The translations under genes were made by a program, and so were the position numbers. 64,000 nucleotides of DNA from an uncultured Chloroflexia bacterium (GTDB lineage Bacteria > Chloroflexota > Anaerolineae > Anaerolineales > E44-bin32), in assembly GCA_963710255.1 (NCBI GenBank), contig CAVPZJ010000002.1, positions 87,753 to 151,752 on the forward strand, read 5' to 3'. Positions within the stretch are counted from its first letter, which is position 1. The number at the start of each line of letters is the position of its first letter. This document shows positions 32,249-41,434 of the stretch, one piece after another. The notes under the pieces were generated by a model, which had not been told where the DNA came from, searched no databases, and saw nothing but the letters and a program-made list of their open reading frames with translations.

Positions 32249-32802
32249 TGGCGGATACCCACCTGACCAACGCCGAATTGGCCATCCTGAGCCTGGTCGC
32301 CGAGAGCGATCGCTACGGCTATGAGATCGAGCAGGTCCTGGAAGCCCGCGGCATGCGCGCGTGGACCGACGTAGGTTTCTCCTCCATTTATTACTTGCTC
32401 AAGAAGCTCGAGCGGAAGGGGTTCGTGGCGAGCGAAAGGCAGGCACCGGCCGGACGTGGCAAAGCGCGCGTGGTCTACGGCTTGCTTCCGCAAGGCGCTC
32501 AAGCCTTGAAGCGGGGTCTCCAGGACGCGCTCTCGATCCCCCAACCAACGCCGCCCGCCTTGCTGCTCGGGCTGGCCAACCTGCCTGTCCTGAAGCCGGA
32601 TGTCGTGCGAAATGCACTGGAGGCGTATTGCAAGGCGCTCGACGCTCGCGAGCAAGACCTGCTCCAGGCGAGCGCGGTGAGTGGGTCGCTGCCGTTCTTT
32701 GTGCAAGCCATGTTTGATTACAGCCTGACTTTGCTGCAGGCGGAGAGAAACTGGGTTGCGGATTTCCGGGCTCAATTGGAGGACGACCATGGAAAAAATT
32801 GA
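32248..32802 (+). CDS. PadR family transcriptional regulator
   Basis: ILSLVAESDRYGYEIEQVLE....SSIYYLLKKLERKGFV winged-helix pattern. Confidence 0.85.
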   Translation: MADTHLTNAELAILSLVAESDRYGYEIEQVLEARGMRAWTDVGFSSIYYLLKKLERKGFVASERQAPAGRGKARVVYGLLPQGAQALKRGLQDALSIPQPTPPALLLGLANLPVLKPDVVRNALEAYCKALDAREQDLLQASAVSGSLPFFVQAMFDYSLTLLQAERNWVADFRAQLEDDHGKN

Positions 32803-33412
32803 CCTGAAGCGAGAGTGGAAGGCGTTCTACAGCGCGCCGGGGGTGGAATTCGAATTGGTCGAGGTGCCCGAGTTCTCCTTCCTGATGGTTGATGGACGGG
32901 GTGACCCGAATACGGCTAAGTCCTACCGTGAAGCCATCGAGGGGCTATATGCCGTAGCTTACGGTTTGAAATTCATGTCCAAAAAAGAACTCCAGAAGGA
33001 CTTCGTCGTCGCGCCGCTCGAAGGCTTGTGGTGGGCCGATGATCCCGACAAGTTCCACCGCCAGCTGGACAGGGACAGCTGGGAGTGGACGGCCATGATC
33101 CATATGCCGCAGTGGATCGATGCGAGCATGTACTCCGCAGCCTGCGAGCAGGCCGGTGTGAAGAAGGAGCTGCCTGCGCTGGCCAGGATGCGCTTGGAAA
33201 GCTACCTGGAGGGCCTGTCGGTCCAGATTATGCATACCGGCCCCTACGCGGAGGAAGGCCCGACGCTGCTCCGGCTGCACGAGCAGTACCTGCCTGAACA
33301 TGGGTTGAGGGAAACCGGCAAGCACCACGAAATCTACTTGAGCGATCCACGCCGCACCGATCCGGCACGCCTGAAGACCATCCTGCGCCAGCCTGTTATG
33401 CGCGCAGGCTGA
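32789..33412 (+). CDS. GyrI-like small-molecule-binding domain protein
   Basis: ATG 32789 in ORF 32756..33412. MEKIDLKREWKAFY...FLMVDGRGDPNT...HHEIYLSDPRR. Overlaps the padR end by 14 nt. Confidence 0.7.
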   Translation: MEKIDLKREWKAFYSAPGVEFELVEVPEFSFLMVDGRGDPNTAKSYREAIEGLYAVAYGLKFMSKKELQKDFVVAPLEGLWWADDPDKFHRQLDRDSWEWTAMIHMPQWIDASMYSAACEQAGVKKELPALARMRLESYLEGLSVQIMHTGPYAEEGPTLLRLHEQYLPEHGLRETGKHHEIYLSDPRRTDPARLKTILRQPVMRAG

Positions 33413-33448
33413 TCCGCTCGCTGCGCGCGGCTCTGCTACAATTGCGCC

Positions 33449-34270
33449 GTGGGCACGCTCTACCTCGTCGCGACGCCGATTGGCAACCTGGAGGACATCA
33501 CGCTGCGCGCACTGCGCGTGCTGCGCGAGGTCCCCTTGATCGCGGCAGAGGATACGCGCCGCACGCGCAAGCTGCTCACCCACTATGAGATCAAGACTCC
33601 ACTCGTAAGCTACCATGAGCACAGCAAACCAGCCCGCAGATCGGAATTGGTCGAGATGCTTGCCGGGCATGACCTGGCGCTGGTCACCGATGCTGGCACA
33701 CCCGGGATCTCTGATCCGGGCTACGGACTCGTTCAATCCGCGCTGGCAGCTGGCTGGCCGGTGGTGCCGGTCCCGGGCCCTTCCGCTCCGCTTGCGGCCC
33801 TGGTCGTCTCCGGCCTGCCGGCGGAGCGCTTCTTGTTCGCCGGGTACCTGCCGCGCAAGGCGGGCGAGCGGCGTAAAGCACTCGCCTTGCTCAGGGATCA
33901 AGCGGCCACAATGATCTTCTTCGAGGTGCCGCATCGTGTGCTGGAAAGCCTGCAGGATCTGGCCGAAATCCTCGGAGCTGACCGCCAGGTGGCAGTCGCC
34001 CGCGAGCTGACCAAGGTCCACGAGCAATTCCTGCGCGGTCGGCTGGCCAACGTGCTTGACGAAATGAAAAATCAACCGGCGCGGGGTGAATACACGCTCA
34101 TCGTCGAGGGCCAGGCCAGCCGGCAAGCGTGGACCGAAGCCGAGGTGCAGGCCCGCCTGGCCGAACTTATCGAGGGGGGAGCCAGCCGTGCCGCTGCAGC
34201 ACGAGCCGTCGCGGGCGAGAGCGGTTGGACCCGCAATCAGGTATACAAGCTTGGCCTGGAGGAATCATGA
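33449..34270 (+). CDS. rsmI: 16S rRNA (cytidine1402-2'-O)-methyltransferase
   Basis: GTLYLVATPIGNLEDITLRALRVL..IAAEDTR, TDAGTPGISDPG. Confidence 0.9.
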   Translation: MGTLYLVATPIGNLEDITLRALRVLREVPLIAAEDTRRTRKLLTHYEIKTPLVSYHEHSKPARRSELVEMLAGHDLALVTDAGTPGISDPGYGLVQSALAAGWPVVPVPGPSAPLAALVVSGLPAERFLFAGYLPRKAGERRKALALLRDQAATMIFFEVPHRVLESLQDLAEILGADRQVAVARELTKVHEQFLRGRLANVLDEMKNQPARGEYTLIVEGQASRQAWTEAEVQARLAELIEGGASRAAAARAVAGESGWTRNQVYKLGLEES

Positions 34271-35325
34271 ACCTGGATGACAGCGCCACCTTCAAGAAGC
34301 TGGATCCGGCCGATATGCTGGCCGAGATCGATGCGCTGCCCGACCAACTGGCGGACGCCTGGGCGCTCGGCCGGCGCCAACCCCTGGGCGACATCAGCGG
34401 GATCCGTCAAATTGTGCTGGCGGGCATGGGCGGTTCGGCCATCGGGGCCGACCTGCTAGCGGCCTACGCCGCACCGCTGGCCAGCGTGCCCTTGATCGTG
34501 TGGCGTGACTACGACCTGCCGGCCTTTGCTTTAAACCAGGAGACGCTGGTCGTGGCGTGTTCTCACTCCGGGAACACGGAGGAAACCCTTTCAGCTTTCG
34601 AGATGGCGCTCGATTCAAACGTGCCGGCCATCGCCGTATCCACCGGGGGCGCGCTCGGTGAGCGCGCCCGTGCTTCGGGCATGCCCTTCTGGGCCTTCCA
34701 GCATGATGGCCAGCCGCGCGCAGCCGTCGGTTACTCCTTCGGCCTCCTGCTGGCCCTTGTCGCTCGCCTGGGCATGATCCCTGACCCTGAAGACGAACTC
34801 ACTGCGGCCGTGCAGGCGATGAAAGTGCAGCAGCAGGAAATCCAGGCGGGTTCGCCGGTTGCCGAGAATTCCGCCAAGCGCATGGCCGGCCAGTTTATGG
34901 ACCGCTGGCCGACCATCATCGGCTCCGGCATCCTGGAGCCCGTCGCCCGCCGCTGGCGCACGCAGATTGCGGAGCTGGCCAAGGCGCTGGCGCAGTTCGA
35001 AGCCCTGCCCGAAGCGGACCACAACATGGTCGCCGGGGTGATGCAGCCCGAGCGTCTCTTCGGGTCCACGATGGTCATCTTTCTGCGCGCCTCGCTTGAG
35101 GATGAGCGCAATCTGCGCAGGGTAGATGTCACCCGCTCGCTGCTGATGCTGGAGGGCTTCAACACCGATGTCATCAAGGCCGCAGGCGAGACCCGGCTGG
35201 CACAGCAGTGGACCAGCTTGCACTACGGCGATTACACTGCCTACTACCTGGCAATGGCGTATGGCATCGATCCCACCCCGGTCGAGGCGATCGAGGATCT
35301 CAAACGGCGATTGAAAGCGCTTTAG
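34267..35325 (+). CDS. bifunctional phosphoglucose/phosphomannose isomerase (SIS domain)
   Basis: ATG 34267 overlaps the rsmI TGA (ATGA). VLAGMGGSAIGADL, ACSHSGNTEETL. Confidence 0.8.
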   Translation: MNLDDSATFKKLDPADMLAEIDALPDQLADAWALGRRQPLGDISGIRQIVLAGMGGSAIGADLLAAYAAPLASVPLIVWRDYDLPAFALNQETLVVACSHSGNTEETLSAFEMALDSNVPAIAVSTGGALGERARASGMPFWAFQHDGQPRAAVGYSFGLLLALVARLGMIPDPEDELTAAVQAMKVQQQEIQAGSPVAENSAKRMAGQFMDRWPTIIGSGILEPVARRWRTQIAELAKALAQFEALPEADHNMVAGVMQPERLFGSTMVIFLRASLEDERNLRRVDVTRSLLMLEGFNTDVIKAAGETRLAQQWTSLHYGDYTAYYLAMAYGIDPTPVEAIEDLKRRLKAL

Positions 35326-35394
35326 CCTGCTCACTCCCGTGGAGGGCTGGCAGCCCAGCACATACGCGTCCGCGCTGGGTATAATCCACGCATC

Positions 35395-36813
35395 ATGCAG
35401 GCACGCATTCGGCGCATCCCCCCGGTCCTCGTCCTCGGTGCTGGCTTGCTGCTCGGGTTGCTGTTGGTGCTGTTCCTGTTTGCTCCACGAGTGACCGCGG
35501 TCCTCCCGGGCCCAACGGGTGAGCCCGTCCCTTCAACTTCCGCAATCCGGATCGAATTCAACCGGCCGATGAACCCCGCCTCGGTCGAGAGTCATTTTTC
35601 GACGGATCCTGCGCTTGACGGGCATTTTGAGTGGTATGGGAGTGGTGTGCGTTACATCCCCGGGAGTTCCTGGCCCAACGGAGGTGAGGTTGTGATCACC
35701 TTGCGGGCTGGGGCCCTTGGGCAGGTGCCGCTGCCGCTGTTGCGAACAAAGCAGTGGTCCTTCGAAGTCGGTTTACCGCGCATCGCCTACCTGTGGCCGG
35801 CGGACGGCAAGGCAGGTTTGTACGCCTCCGTGCCAGGTTCAGGCGTGGAGCCGGTTGTCTTGATCAACCCTGATCCTGGCGTCATCGACTACACGCTTTC
35901 CAGTAATGGCACCCAGGTCGTCTACGTCTCGCAGTCAGCCGGCGGCGAGCACGAACTACGCCAGCTGGATCTCATCTCGGGGGAGGATCTCAACCTCCAC
36001 ACCTGTGATCCCCAGGAGCAGTGCCTGACCCCTGCCCTGTCACCTGACGGCGCCTGGCTCGCGTTCCTGCGGCAGGGGATGGTGCTTGGATCCGGTGGCC
36101 GGCTGGTGCTGGAAACTTCCCAGGTTTGGGTGATGGCGGTGGAGGGCGGGGAGCCGTTCCTGGTGAGCCCGCAGGACCATAACTGCGCTGACCCTGGTTG
36201 GTCGCCACAGGGCTGGCTCACCTACTATGACCAGCAGCTGAGCGCAACGGCAATACTGACCTTCGATGGGGGGCCCGCGCCAGCCCCATTCACCTATGTC
36301 CCCAATAGCCTGGGAGCCGGAGGCAGCTGGTCCCCGGGGGGAGCCCGCTACCTATACCCTGACATCATCTTTCCCGAATCAGGCTCGACCGGCGTGAACC
36401 CCGGGGAGGATTCGCTCTACTACAGCCACCTCTTCCAGACAGACCTAGCGACGGGTCTTTCCATGGATCTCTCGGGCAGCGATGAACCCATGGTCGAGGA
36501 CGCCTCGCCCGCCTTCAGCCCGGATGGGCAGTGGATCGCCTTTGCACGTAAACACCTGGATTTCGTGCGCTGGTCTCCTGGCCGGCAGCTGTGGCGTATG
36601 CGCGCGGATGGGACCTCTGCCGAACCCTTGACGAACCAGCCCAACTACAACTTCTCATCCATGGCCTGGAGCCCCGATTCGAGACTGCTGGCCTTCATGC
36701 GCCGCAGCCCCTCCGAGCTGGAACAGGGGCCGGAGGTTTGGTGGCTGGACCTGGAGACGGGAGACCTGGCGATGTTAGTTGCAGGAGGATACCTGCCTTC
36801 ATGGATCCCATAG
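35395..36813 (+). CDS. membrane-anchored Ig-like + PD40/TolB-like beta-propeller repeat protein
   Basis: N-terminal TM, SbsA-Ig-like segment, and repeated PD40-type motifs (LSPDGAWLAF, FSPDGQWIAFAR, WSPDSRLLAF). Confidence 0.65.
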   Translation: MQARIRRIPPVLVLGAGLLLGLLLVLFLFAPRVTAVLPGPTGEPVPSTSAIRIEFNRPMNPASVESHFSTDPALDGHFEWYGSGVRYIPGSSWPNGGEVVITLRAGALGQVPLPLLRTKQWSFEVGLPRIAYLWPADGKAGLYASVPGSGVEPVVLINPDPGVIDYTLSSNGTQVVYVSQSAGGEHELRQLDLISGEDLNLHTCDPQEQCLTPALSPDGAWLAFLRQGMVLGSGGRLVLETSQVWVMAVEGGEPFLVSPQDHNCADPGWSPQGWLTYYDQQLSATAILTFDGGPAPAPFTYVPNSLGAGGSWSPGGARYLYPDIIFPESGSTGVNPGEDSLYYSHLFQTDLATGLSMDLSGSDEPMVEDASPAFSPDGQWIAFARKHLDFVRWSPGRQLWRMRADGTSAEPLTNQPNYNFSSMAWSPDSRLLAFMRRSPSELEQGPEVWWLDLETGDLAMLVAGGYLPSWIP

Positions 36814-37316
36814 CGCGGATCAATGCGAAGGCGCCGGCACTTGACCTGCGTGACCTCGAAGGGAATCCGTATGGGTTTGAGCAGGCGGGTACCGGGCTGC
36901 TGATCCTCAACTTCTGGTCGGCTGAATGCCCCTGGTCGGCGCGCGCAGACGCCATCCTGGCCAGCATGCGAAAAGAATGGGGGGATGCGGTTTCCATCTG
37001 GTCGATCGCATCCAACGCTAACGAAAAGTCGGACGAAATTGCCGCCGCAGCGGAAGAGCGCCAGGTGCGTGTCTTTCTCGACCCTGACCTTGCGACCGCG
37101 GATCGCTACGGCGCCCTGACGACCCCGCATTTCTTCCTGCTAGATGAGGAACGGATCATTCGTTACAGTGGAGCGTTGGATGATACGACCTTCCGCCAGC
37201 GGGAACCCACCCGGCAGTATCTTGCCGATGCCGTCCAAGCGGTCCAGGCTGGCCGTCTCCCAGAGCCCCAGGAAACCGGCGGGTATGGCTGCGCCATCGT
37301 CCGTTTTGATGTTTAA
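36801..37316 (+). CDS. thioredoxin-fold (TlpA/redoxin-like) protein
   Basis: ATG 36801 in ORF 36591..37316. LILNFWSAECPWS...TTPHFFLLD. Overlaps the upstream gene by 13 nt. Confidence 0.65.
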   Translation: MDPIARINAKAPALDLRDLEGNPYGFEQAGTGLLILNFWSAECPWSARADAILASMRKEWGDAVSIWSIASNANEKSDEIAAAAEERQVRVFLDPDLATADRYGALTTPHFFLLDEERIIRYSGALDDTTFRQREPTRQYLADAVQAVQAGRLPEPQETGGYGCAIVRFDV

Positions 37317-37368
37317 GAAGGGGGCGATTTCAACATGGCCCTAGAGCAGCGTATGAGAACAACCCGGG

Positions 37369-38025
37369 ATGAGCATGGCTGAGCTGTTTAGATTGGACCT
37401 TGCATCAGCCGACGGCCGCCACCTGATGCACAAGTACTATCCTGCGCCGGGAGATCCTTCAGGCCTGGCTCTGCTGCTGCCTGGCGATCACTATGGCGTC
37501 GACGCCCCCTTGCTTTACTACCCGGCGCTCGCCTTGCGCCGGCAGGGTTGGGACACGCTGGCGATAACCTATGGCTACCAGGCTGCGGGCAGGCCCATTT
37601 CGCTCAACGAGATCCCGGACACGGTCGATGAAGTGGTCCGCAGCTTGCAAGCCGCGCTGGCGCATCGCCAGGCCCCGCGCCTGCTGCTGATCGGCAAGTC
37701 GCTTGGGGCGGCCTTGATCACGACCCTGTGCCAGATCAAGCCGCTCTTTGAAGTTGCCCGCACGATTTACCTGACCCCGCCGCTCGAGATGCCGTTCTTC
37801 GCCTCCGCCTTCGGGGAAACAAGCCAGGACGCACTGGTCATCGTAGGGACCGCCGATCGTTTCTACAGCGAAAAGGTGTTGGCTGAAATGCGGTCCGTCA
37901 AATCTTTCGAGTTGATGCAAATCGAGGGCGGGGATCACAGCCTGAACCTCGGAGGTGACTTGAAGGCCACCCTGCAGGTGCTGGGCGAGGTTGTGCGGAA
38001 GATGTTAATCTTCGCCGGGGGTTGA
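37369..38025 (+). CDS. alpha/beta hydrolase
   Basis: 218 aa. Nucleophile elbow LIGKSLGAA. Dienelactone-hydrolase-like size. Confidence 0.65.
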   Translation: MSMAELFRLDLASADGRHLMHKYYPAPGDPSGLALLLPGDHYGVDAPLLYYPALALRRQGWDTLAITYGYQAAGRPISLNEIPDTVDEVVRSLQAALAHRQAPRLLLIGKSLGAALITTLCQIKPLFEVARTIYLTPPLEMPFFASAFGETSQDALVIVGTADRFYSEKVLAEMRSVKSFELMQIEGGDHSLNLGGDLKATLQVLGEVVRKMLIFAGG

Positions 38026-38511
38026 CCCACCGTCAGAGCAGCCATCCTCGCGTAAATCAGCCCACTCAACCGCCAGCGCACGCTCCAGATCCACCCGCCG
38101 CAGGATAATCCCGGCCGCTCGCATTCCGGCCCCGAGCGAGATGACATCCAGTTCCCGCAGGCAGGTGTCGGCCAGGATGCGCAGGGGGGTGGCGAGCCCG
38201 AAGGGGGAGACTGCACCTAATTCGAAACCGGTCACGCGACGGACCTCGTCGGCTCCGGCCAGCGTGATGCGTGAGCGCCCCAGGTACCTGCGGAGTTTGG
38301 GCCAGCTCACCTGTTCCGGCCCGGGCATCAGGACCAGGATGTACGATCCCTGTTCCAGGCGAAAGAGCAGCGAACGCACGATTTGCGCCGGCTCCAGGCC
38401 GCGCTCGCGGGCGGCCTGTTCGAGCGAGTTAACCGGGCCGGGATGGACGTGGAGTTCGTACTCCAGACCCTGGTCGTCAAGGGCGCGGGTGACAGCCGTC
38501 GATGAGATCAT
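38005..38511 (-). CDS. YbaK/EbsC family aminoacyl-tRNA deacylase domain protein
   Basis: EQAARERGLEPAQIVRSLLFR...VTGFELGAVSPFGL pattern. Confidence 0.75.
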   Translation of the reverse strand: MISSTAVTRALDDQGLEYELHVHPGPVNSLEQAARERGLEPAQIVRSLLFRLEQGSYILVLMPGPEQVSWPKLRRYLGRSRITLAGADEVRRVTGFELGAVSPFGLATPLRILADTCLRELDVISLGAGMRAAGIILRRVDLERALAVEWADLREDGCSDGGSTPGED

Positions 38512-38689
38512 GGCGCAGGCATTCTACCCGAGACGGGCTGCAGAATGAACCAAAAGGAAAGCGGGATGACCCTCGTGATTCCAGGCGCTCCCCTGCCTGC
38601 GCCGATCCAGGAGGGGCCGGGCGCACCTGGGCCGCACTTTGGCGGTGTCGAATGGTGAGGGACGAACCCGGCAAGGAAGATTGCAGAAC

Positions 38690-38717
38690 TTGGAGGTGCT
38701 CCAACTTCCAGTACAAT
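38690..38717 (+). promoter_or_regulatory. candidate promoter of the peroxiredoxin operon
   Basis: TTGGAG (38690-38695), 16-nt spacer, TACAAT (38712-38717). Would give a ~140-nt structured 5' UTR. Confidence 0.35.
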
Positions 38718-38862
38718 TCCTAATCGGAACCAGGGTTGAAGGTTTCTTGCGATATGGACCTCAGCCTGTTCGGGTTTGAGGACCAGCGACTGAGACTGGT
38801 TCCGGGACTTGAGATAGCCACGCCTTGTCGGGGGGACTGGGGGTGGGGGAGAAAATGCAATC

Positions 38863-39378
38863 ATGAACGATGGAAACCAGCAAGCCCCGGCTTCGATGTT
38901 GCCCGCCGGGATGACCGCACCCGATTTCAAGCTGCGCGCCTCAACTGGTGAGGAAATCCAGCTCTCAACGCTGCGCGGTTCAGCCGTAATCCTTGCCTTT
39001 TACCCTGCAGATTGGAGCCCGGTCTGCGGTGACCAGATGACGCTCTACAATGAAGTGCTGCCCATGTTTGAAGACTACGGCGGCCGGCTGCTCGGCATCT
39101 CGGTCGACGGGAGGTGGAGCCACCGAGCGTTCGCCGACGCCCGCAACCTGCGCTTCCCCCTGCTCTCAGACTTCGAGCCCAAGGGCGCGGTCGCCCGGGC
39201 GTACGGGGTGTATCGCGAGGAGCGAGGTACGGCTGCCCGGGCGCTGTTCGTGATCGACCCTGAGGGTGTGATCGTATGGAGCTACCTTTCCCCGCCCGGC
39301 GTCAATCCGGGAGCGGAGGGCATTCTGCAAGCCCTGGAAAGGATCGCACATGGCAGCGGCCAGGAGGTGTCCCCATGA
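38863..39378 (+). CDS. peroxiredoxin (AhpC/TSA, Bcp-like)
   Basis: APDFKL...ILAFYPADWSPVCGDQ peroxidatic Cys motif. Confidence 0.88.
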   Translation: MNDGNQQAPASMLPAGMTAPDFKLRASTGEEIQLSTLRGSAVILAFYPADWSPVCGDQMTLYNEVLPMFEDYGGRLLGISVDGRWSHRAFADARNLRFPLLSDFEPKGAVARAYGVYREERGTAARALFVIDPEGVIVWSYLSPPGVNPGAEGILQALERIAHGSGQEVSP

Positions 39379-41231
39379 TGGCAAATCTGACCCAGCCCGT
39401 CGGGGAGCATGACCACGTCCTGGGGCGGCGCGATGCGCCGGTGACCTTCGTTGAATATGGCGATTACGAGTGCCCGCACTGCTTGCAAGCACATGGCATC
39501 GTGCGTGACCTGCAGGAACGATTGGGCGACCGCTTTTCCTATGTATACCGCCATTTTCCCATTCGCACTTCGCATGTGCATGCCCAGCACGCAGCAGAAG
39601 CGGCCGAAGCTGCCGCCGCTCAGGGGAAATTCTGGGAGATGCACGATAAGCTCTTCGCCAACCAGGACGCGCTGGATGATGAGTCGCTGGTGCGCCTGGC
39701 CGGTGAGATCGGGCTCGATGTGGAACGCTTCAAGCGCGAGCTCGACAGCCGCATGTATGCGGAGCGGGTCAGCGAAAATTTCCGCAGCGGCGTCCGGAGC
39801 GGCGTGAACGGCACACCTACCTTTTATATCAACGGCGATCGCTACGACGGGCCCTGGGATGTTGAATCGCTGGAGGAAGAGATCGAACGCCCGCTGGGTG
39901 TCCAGGTGCGCAGCCTTTTCCAGCGTTTTGCCCGTTTGCAGGCATCGGGTGGGATTTTGCTCTTGCTGGCGGCGGTGCTGGCCTTAATTTGGGCGAACAG
40001 CAGCCAGGCGGAGAGCTATTTCAGGCTGCTGAATACCGACCTGGCCATCACCTTCGGTGGTGGCGGATTGACCAAGCATCTGCTCAAGTGGATAAACGAC
40101 GGCTTGATGGCCGTATTCTTCTTCATCGTCGGCCTGGAAATCAAGCGCGAAGTCACGGTCGGGGAATTGGCTTCACCCCGCCGGGCGGCGCTGCCCTTGC
40201 TGGCGGCGGTAGGCGGCATGCTGGGGCCGGCGGCGATCTATGCTGCCCTGAACTTCGGAACCGAAACCATCGTCGGATGGGCGGTCCCCATGGCGACGGA
40301 CATCGCCTTCATGCTCGGGATCATGGCGGTGCTTGGACGCAGGGTGCCCTTCTCGCTGCGGGTGTTCTTCACGGCCCTGGCGATCGGGGACGATCTGGGA
40401 GCGGTGCTCGTGCTGGCCATCTTCTACACGACAAACATCGCCTGGACCGCGCTGGCGGTCGCAGCGATCATCGTAGCTGTCCTGGTCGGGTTGAATTTGC
40501 TCGGCGTCCGCAACCCGCTGCCCTATGCGCTGCTTGGCATCTTGCTGTGGGTCGCCTTCGTGCAATCCGGATTGCATGCCACGATCGCCGGTGTCGTGCT
40601 GGCGCTGACGATCCCGGCCCGTACGCGGGTGCGCTCGGAGGCCTTCATGGCACAGTGCATCGCCATCCTGGGCGGGGTCGAGGCAGAGGAGCCAATGGAG
40701 GAGGCCCAGCATAATGATCAGCGCCAGGCCGCAGCCCACGCGCTGGAAGCCATCGCCGAGCGGATGCAGGCACCTGCACAGCGCCTTGAGCACGCGCTCA
40801 CCCCCTGGGCGACTTTCTTCGTGCTGCCCATCTTTGCCCTGGCCAACGCCGGCGTGTCCTTATCTGGCGGGCTGGGGCAGGTTTTCGGCAGCCGGGTCGC
40901 GCTGGGTGTGATCCTGGGACTGGTGGTTGGAAAACCGCTGGGCATCACCGTCTTCGCCTGGCTGGCCGTCCGGCTGGGCATCGGCGAGATGCCGGCCCGG
41001 GTAGCGTGGCGGCAGTTGATCAGCGCGACGTTCCTGGCCGGGATCGGCTTCACAATGGCGCTCTTCATCGCCAATGCGGCTTTCAAGGATCCCGCCACGC
41101 TGGATGCTGCCAAGCTCGGCATCCTGCTCGCCTCGCTGGTCTCGGGAGGGCTGGGTTTTACCTTCCTGAGCCTGACCAGCCGTGTGCGCGACCGGCATAC
41201 CGAGCTTGAGCAGGAAGTCGTGCCCGCCTGA
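39375..41231 (+). CDS. nhaA: DsbA-like thioredoxin domain fused to Na+/H+ antiporter NhaA
   Basis: ATG 39375 overlaps the prx TGA. N-terminal YGDYECPHC...GTPTFYING, then an NhaA core (WINDGLMAVFFFIVGLEIKRE, MATDIAF, ALAIGDDLGAV). Confidence 0.85.
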   Translation: MMANLTQPVGEHDHVLGRRDAPVTFVEYGDYECPHCLQAHGIVRDLQERLGDRFSYVYRHFPIRTSHVHAQHAAEAAEAAAAQGKFWEMHDKLFANQDALDDESLVRLAGEIGLDVERFKRELDSRMYAERVSENFRSGVRSGVNGTPTFYINGDRYDGPWDVESLEEEIERPLGVQVRSLFQRFARLQASGGILLLLAAVLALIWANSSQAESYFRLLNTDLAITFGGGGLTKHLLKWINDGLMAVFFFIVGLEIKREVTVGELASPRRAALPLLAAVGGMLGPAAIYAALNFGTETIVGWAVPMATDIAFMLGIMAVLGRRVPFSLRVFFTALAIGDDLGAVLVLAIFYTTNIAWTALAVAAIIVAVLVGLNLLGVRNPLPYALLGILLWVAFVQSGLHATIAGVVLALTIPARTRVRSEAFMAQCIAILGGVEAEEPMEEAQHNDQRQAAAHALEAIAERMQAPAQRLEHALTPWATFFVLPIFALANAGVSLSGGLGQVFGSRVALGVILGLVVGKPLGITVFAWLAVRLGIGEMPARVAWRQLISATFLAGIGFTMALFIANAAFKDPATLDAAKLGILLASLVSGGLGFTFLSLTSRVRDRHTELEQEVVPA

Positions 41232-41301
41232 GATCTCCGATCCCCGGCGAACATGGCCAGTGAGCCCCTGCCGCCTGCACGGGTAGAAGCACGCGGAATT
41301 C

Positions 41302-41397
41302 TGCTATAATCGACGCGCCGCTCGGATCGGGCCACGACCGAGACGGCTGACGAGCATGCTAGCTGGACGTCCCGCCCTGGCCCGGGCGGGTTTTTTT
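41302..41397 (+). promoter_or_regulatory. panB leader: extended -10 (TGCTATAAT), bulged-A hairpin and terminator
   Basis: TGcTATAAT at 41302-41310. Hairpin GCCGCTCGG-12 nt-CCGAGaCGGC (41317-41347). Terminator CCCGCCC-tggccc-GGGCGGG-T7 (41371-41397). RBS GGAGGAG before the panB ATG at 41435. Confidence 0.5.
41371..41397 (+). terminator. rho-independent terminator between nhaA and panB
   Basis: CCCGCCC / GGGCGGG stem followed by T7. Confidence 0.75.
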
Positions 41398-41434
41398 CGG
41401 GCCGAACTGCATCTCACTCGCAGGAGGAGACAGC

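Noticed and set aside
28959-32324. Long + strand ORFs 28959..30092 and 30915..32324
   Set aside because: Antisense to metH, whose five-domain homology is unambiguous. The second ORF also runs across the SAM-I riboswitch.
32945-34126. 393-aa minus-strand ORF
   Set aside because: Antisense to the well-supported GyrI-like and rsmI genes. Arg/Gln-rich with no motif.
38829-38851. G-quadruplex in the prx leader
   Set aside because: Only three clear G-tracts are present. The tract also simply contains the Shine-Dalgarno region. Evidence is insufficient.
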